NCBI GenBank assembly: GCA_002269645.1
Contig: NIVC01001975.1
Span: 124,001-188,000 of the forward strand
Reading direction: 5' to 3'
DNA: 64,000 bases
Origin: Macrostomum lignano
Lineage: Eukaryota
The position numbers and the translations under genes are program-made. Position 1 is the stretch's first letter. The number at the start of each line of letters is the position of its first letter. The notes under the pieces were generated by a model. The model saw nothing but the letters and a program-made list of their open reading frames with translations, made no database searches and had not been told where the DNA came from. Shown here piece after piece: positions 53,598 to 64,000 of this stretch.

Positions 53598-54021
53598 TGA
53601 AAGCAAACTTCAGCAAGCAAAATTGATTGAGAGTACAATTAGTACCTAAATTAAATTTTATAAGCTCCTTATTGCAGTCGAGATGAGGCGTCGCGTGGAT
53701 ATAACAATTGTTCATTGTTCATTGTAATTTTTACCTTTGATAGATATAATATCAATTCGAACATTTTTATCAATACTACTTAAAGTAGCACATATTGATG
53801 CATCACAAAATTGGATTAAATTTGGAAATATTGCTAATACTGCATTGTTATTACTGTAAGTCTACCATCAATACATTTATTTTTGCCACGCAACTTCCAT
53901 TGGCAAAGCGGGAATAAGTGCAGACAGATTCCAAGCTAAATCAGTGCTGCGGTCCAGTTAGACAGGGCCACAGATACAAGAATAACTTGATGGGCCACTC
54001 ATCACCTTTGCATGTAAGCTA

Positions 54022-54402
54022 CTTTCAGTTCAGTAGTAAGTTAAACTGAAGCATCTTAATGTATTTTTAAAGCCAAGGCTCATTTATTGGCTCTTGCCCC
54101 CCAGCTAAAACCCTCTAATTGCGCCTTTTTGTACAATAATACGTACCCCCGCCGCGCCCCAATTTTTATTGCCTTTCTTGGAATTCCAGCCTAAATCTGC
54201 CATGTACATTTCACTGGACTGGCAAATGTACATTATTGCTGAACCAATTAGCAAGTTGTTTACGTCTGCAAGCTTGGGCTTCTTTCTAAACTTATCAAAT
54301 TCATTTCAGCTGCCTTTATTTTTATAAATTGCAATTTATAAAAATAATAAAAATAAATTTATAAAATTGCTTATGTATTCTTCTTTGCTACTGAACTGAA
54401 AG
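54022..54402. mobile_element. Putative Tc1/mariner-type MITE
   Basis: TIR CTTTCAGTTCAGTAG / CTACTGAACTGAAAG, flanked by TA on both sides (54020-21, 54403-04). Confidence 0.6.
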
Positions 54403-54597
54403 TAGAAAGCTGTTTTACAAAGCATATGCCTGAGTGGCCCATCTAGTTATTCTAGACTCTGTGGGCAGGGTTAAAAAAAATTGGTAGCTATTTTCCGTTG
54501 TTTGTCAGAGCAGTTTGCCAAATTATCTTGAATAGCATCGCAATCATTTTACTGACACCTTAGTCAATATTCGCTGTTCTGATCGACGCCCGAGGGC

Positions 54598-55651
54598 CTA
54601 AGCTGTCGACCCGCCGAGTCGCCGATATCCAGCTGAACCGTAGCTTCTGTCCTGGCTGCTAGCGCTTCCGTCGTTTCGATGACGCTTCGCGCAGATGCAC
54701 AACAGGTAGATAACGATAGCCAGTCCGGCGCCAAGGGCTGCTCCACCGACGAAGGAGCCGGCGTCAAAGCTTGACACTGGCGACGGCGTAGTGGTGCTTG
54801 AGGTTGTCATCGTTGTTGTGACTTCACCACTCTCGGTGGTGGTGAAGTTGCCGCCCTCCTCGGTGGTGGTGAAGTTGCCGCCCTCCTCGGTGGTGGTGAA
54901 GTTGCCGCCTTCCTCGGTGGTGGTGAAGTTGCCGCCCTCATTGGTGGTGGTGAAGTTGCCACCCTCATTGGTGGTGGTGAAGTTGCCACCCTCATTGGTG
55001 GTGGTGAAGTTGCCGCCCTCCTCGGTGGTGGTGAAGTTGCCACCCTCATTGGTGGTGGTGAAGTTGCCGCCCTCCACGGCGGTGGTGAAGTTGCCGCCCT
55101 CATTGGTGGTGGTGAAGTTGCTGCCCTCCTCAGCGGTGGTGAAGTTGCCGCCCTCCTCGGCGTTGGTGAAGTTGCCGCCCTCCTCGGCGTTGGTGAAGTT
55201 GCCGCCCTCCTCGGCGTTGGTGAAGTTGCCGCCCTCCTCGGCGTTGGTGAAGTTGCCGCCCTCCTCGGCGTTGGTGAAGTTGCCGCCCTCCTCGGCGGCG
55301 GTGAAGTTGCCGCCCTCCTCGGCGGTGGTGAAGTTGCCGCCCTCATTGGTGGTGGTGAAGTTGCTGCCCTCCTCAGCGGTGGTGAAGTTGCTGCCCTCCT
55401 CAGCGGTGGTGAAGTTGCCGCCCTCCTCGGCGGTGGTGAAGTTGCCGCCCTCCTCAGCGGTGGTGAAGTTGCTGCCCTCCTCAGCGGTGGTGAAGTTGCC
55501 GCCCTCCTCGGCGGTGGTGAAGTTGCCGCCCTCCTCGGCGTTGGTGAAGTTGCCGCCCTCCTCGGCGGCGGTGAAGTTGCCGCCCTCGGTGGTGAAGGCG
55601 GAGGTTTTTGATACGCTGCTGTCAAGAACTTGTCGCGATTCCGTACTTACT
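54598..55651 (-). CDS. CD164/endolyn-family sialomucin, paralog 2, main exon; ectodomain of 28 x 9-aa GGNFTTAEE repeats; signal-peptide exon not found
   Basis: Acceptor ttttttcag| at ~55652; 27-bp coding VNTR; SFDAGSFVGGAALGAGLAIVIYLLCICAKR TM motif; tail contains YRRL. Confidence 0.8.
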
Positions 55652-57963
55652 GAAAAAACAGTTTTAGTCATTTTTTATCCAACAATGAAATTTAAAATAG
55701 TGTTTCTGAACCGCTGCATTCACTCTACACCTCTCTGCACAAAGCACAGCGTTATCCAACTAACTCACACAACCCTCCCCCATTATCCAACCATTTCATA
55801 CCACAAAGACCCCCATTATTCATGCCATCTCACACTAAAAGTTTTTTCTTGGAAACACTCAACGTTGTCGACTTGGCACAAAGTCAAAGTTGAAAATTGA
55901 ATCTGCCACTTAAATGCTTCTTGTCATAATAAAGTACAACTTCAGGCTGTCTGGCATAGATAAATAAAAGTGTGGAATAGCGCTTAATGCGTTTATTTAG
56001 TGTATACAGATACTGAGATGCTTTAGTCAGATGCAGAGACCGCGGTAAATCTTCACCAAATACTATATATATTTAGAACGTTCGCAACTACTCGTATCTT
56101 GCCATGCATTTGCCTCCATGCGCAGCGATAGTGTGTGGGGCTTCAAGGTCATCTTTATAGTTTACTGCAGTGTGTAGTAGGTGTAGGTGTGCAGAATACT
56201 GCTTGGTTAGATATATAGATATAATATTAACTTACTAAACACATTTCTTGCCAGATTGCATGTCGAAACAGCGAACTACGTACTTACCATCTGTGATAAA
56301 AAATCTGATGTGCCTCTCTACTGTAGGCTTATTTTTATCTGCCCACAGAATTCGCTCAATTCTAAAACATTCTTGTCATCCGGATATTTCTGATTTATGC
56401 ATTCGTGAATTATTTATAAAAAAATGTCTTATTCAGTTTTGAGAAGATTTTGTCATTTCGGATTTACTGGCATTGAAAATCGACTAACATCGGCCATTCA
56501 TTCCTTACTGTTTATGTGTTTGAAACGGCTATGGTACATATTTTGAGCGGATTTTATTGGTTTTTCCCGACTGTTTTCGTACAAGTTTTAAAATATATTT
56601 ACAACATTCACAGATGATGCTATTTAAATCAATTTTTGGCTTTCAAATTTTTCTCCGTCTCTAAGAGAATTAATAATTTAACTCAACAAAGCTGGTAATA
56701 AACACATACACAAATAACACATAATAGCATCCTAGATCTGGAATGTCGTAAAATCTTATTAAGCTTTAAGAAACGTAAACCGGTAATCTTACGAGTGAAA
56801 TCTTCATAGAATGATTACTGACTGACTTACCTTGGCTAAATGCGCAAAATAGAAGCGAAAAAACGGTTAAAGTGATTCGAATTTTCATTTTCAAAGTGAT
56901 TTATTGTTTTAGATTGAGGTTTAAAAGGAATGCAACTAAATCAAATCACGTTAAGGCATATGCGGTGCGGTTAAATTAGACAATTGTTTAAATATCATTT
57001 TTATTAATAATTATGGTCTAGAACATTCAAACAATATCACGAAACATTTTTAAAGTAGACAGATAATTTCATCCTTGGAAAAAAACTTACTGTCTTATAG
57101 TTTTTAAATAAATAATTTTGGTTTTTTATTGTTTAGAATATTTTGTCGATTAAAAATGTTTGTTTCATTTTGACATGCATAGTGCATCCGCTTTTTCCCG
57201 TAGCTCATTGGTGGTATTAATTTCAAACAGTTAGTGGTTGTTTTATTCCATTTTTAATACTCAGATTTCTAACCTGCATGAATAAATATCTTCTGTATTT
57301 TTTTAAAGAAGAATTACGTCTACGAGCCTAATTTGCAAAATTTCTGCCAACCACAATATATTCAGCTTATTAATGTAACTCATTTAACTAATGTAATTTC
57401 CTTTATTGTTTCGAATGTATCAGACTTTAACTCTTCTTTGTTTAGAATTAGATGAACAAATTATTTTTTCGTAGTTATTTAATCTGGCCACTATTATGGA
57501 GATGTCTATTGTTCTGATAGATTTATTTTAAATATTTCTCATTGTAATTCTAGTAAACTATTAGTCTGGTTCCAGCATATGCATATGTTAATTATAGATT
57601 TATTAATTAGCTACAGATATGTTACCTGTTTTTTCCTGACCCAATCAGATTAAATTTTATTAAAATTAATTAGGTAATAGAAAGGTTATCAGTAATATTA
57701 GTACAAAGAAACAGTTAGAGACTAAACATTATAATAATATATGCCAAAAATCAAAAACGTTTTGGTCACATTGAAAACGTGCACTGCAGTTCAACTAGTA
57801 TTTTTAGATAAAAACTCAAAAAGTAAATACTGTAACAAGGACATATATTCTTAAACTTAGGTCTGAATTTTTTTACTTTTAGGTCCATTTTATCATGTTG
57901 ATCAATTTAAGATAAGTTTTAACAGCAATGTACTATATAACACTCGAACCCAACTCAACAGCC

Positions 57964-64000
<6,037 letters not shown>

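Overview
This is eukaryotic (metazoan) genomic DNA, not prokaryotic. GC-rich exons, AT-rich intergenic DNA and introns packed with roughly 20-40 bp minisatellites suggest a Macrostomum-type flatworm (inference only). From left to right the window holds decayed Ty3/Gypsy fragments (1.4-3.8 kb), a tRNA-Asn(GTT) gene, an orphan 72-aa ORF, a possible cryptic minus-strand gene, and a hAT-type MITE with an 8-bp TSD. A ~29-kb frazzled/DCC/neogenin-like netrin-receptor gene follows (Ig + 5 recognisable FN3 + TM + P3 motif). Almost every intron of that gene carries its own minisatellite; one also holds a full-length, very young BEL/Pao LTR retrotransposon (identical 306-bp LTRs, ATAAT TSD) and another a tRNA-derived SINE. 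After it come a C2H2 zinc-finger gene, two tandem CD164/endolyn-like sialomucin genes (one with 28 N-glycosylation-sequon repeats), and the 5' part of a gene with tandem GPR158/179-type Cache+EGF ectodomains separated by a furin-type site. All coordinates were read by hand. Array borders are approximate and the N-terminal exons of the DCC-like gene are only partly resolved.
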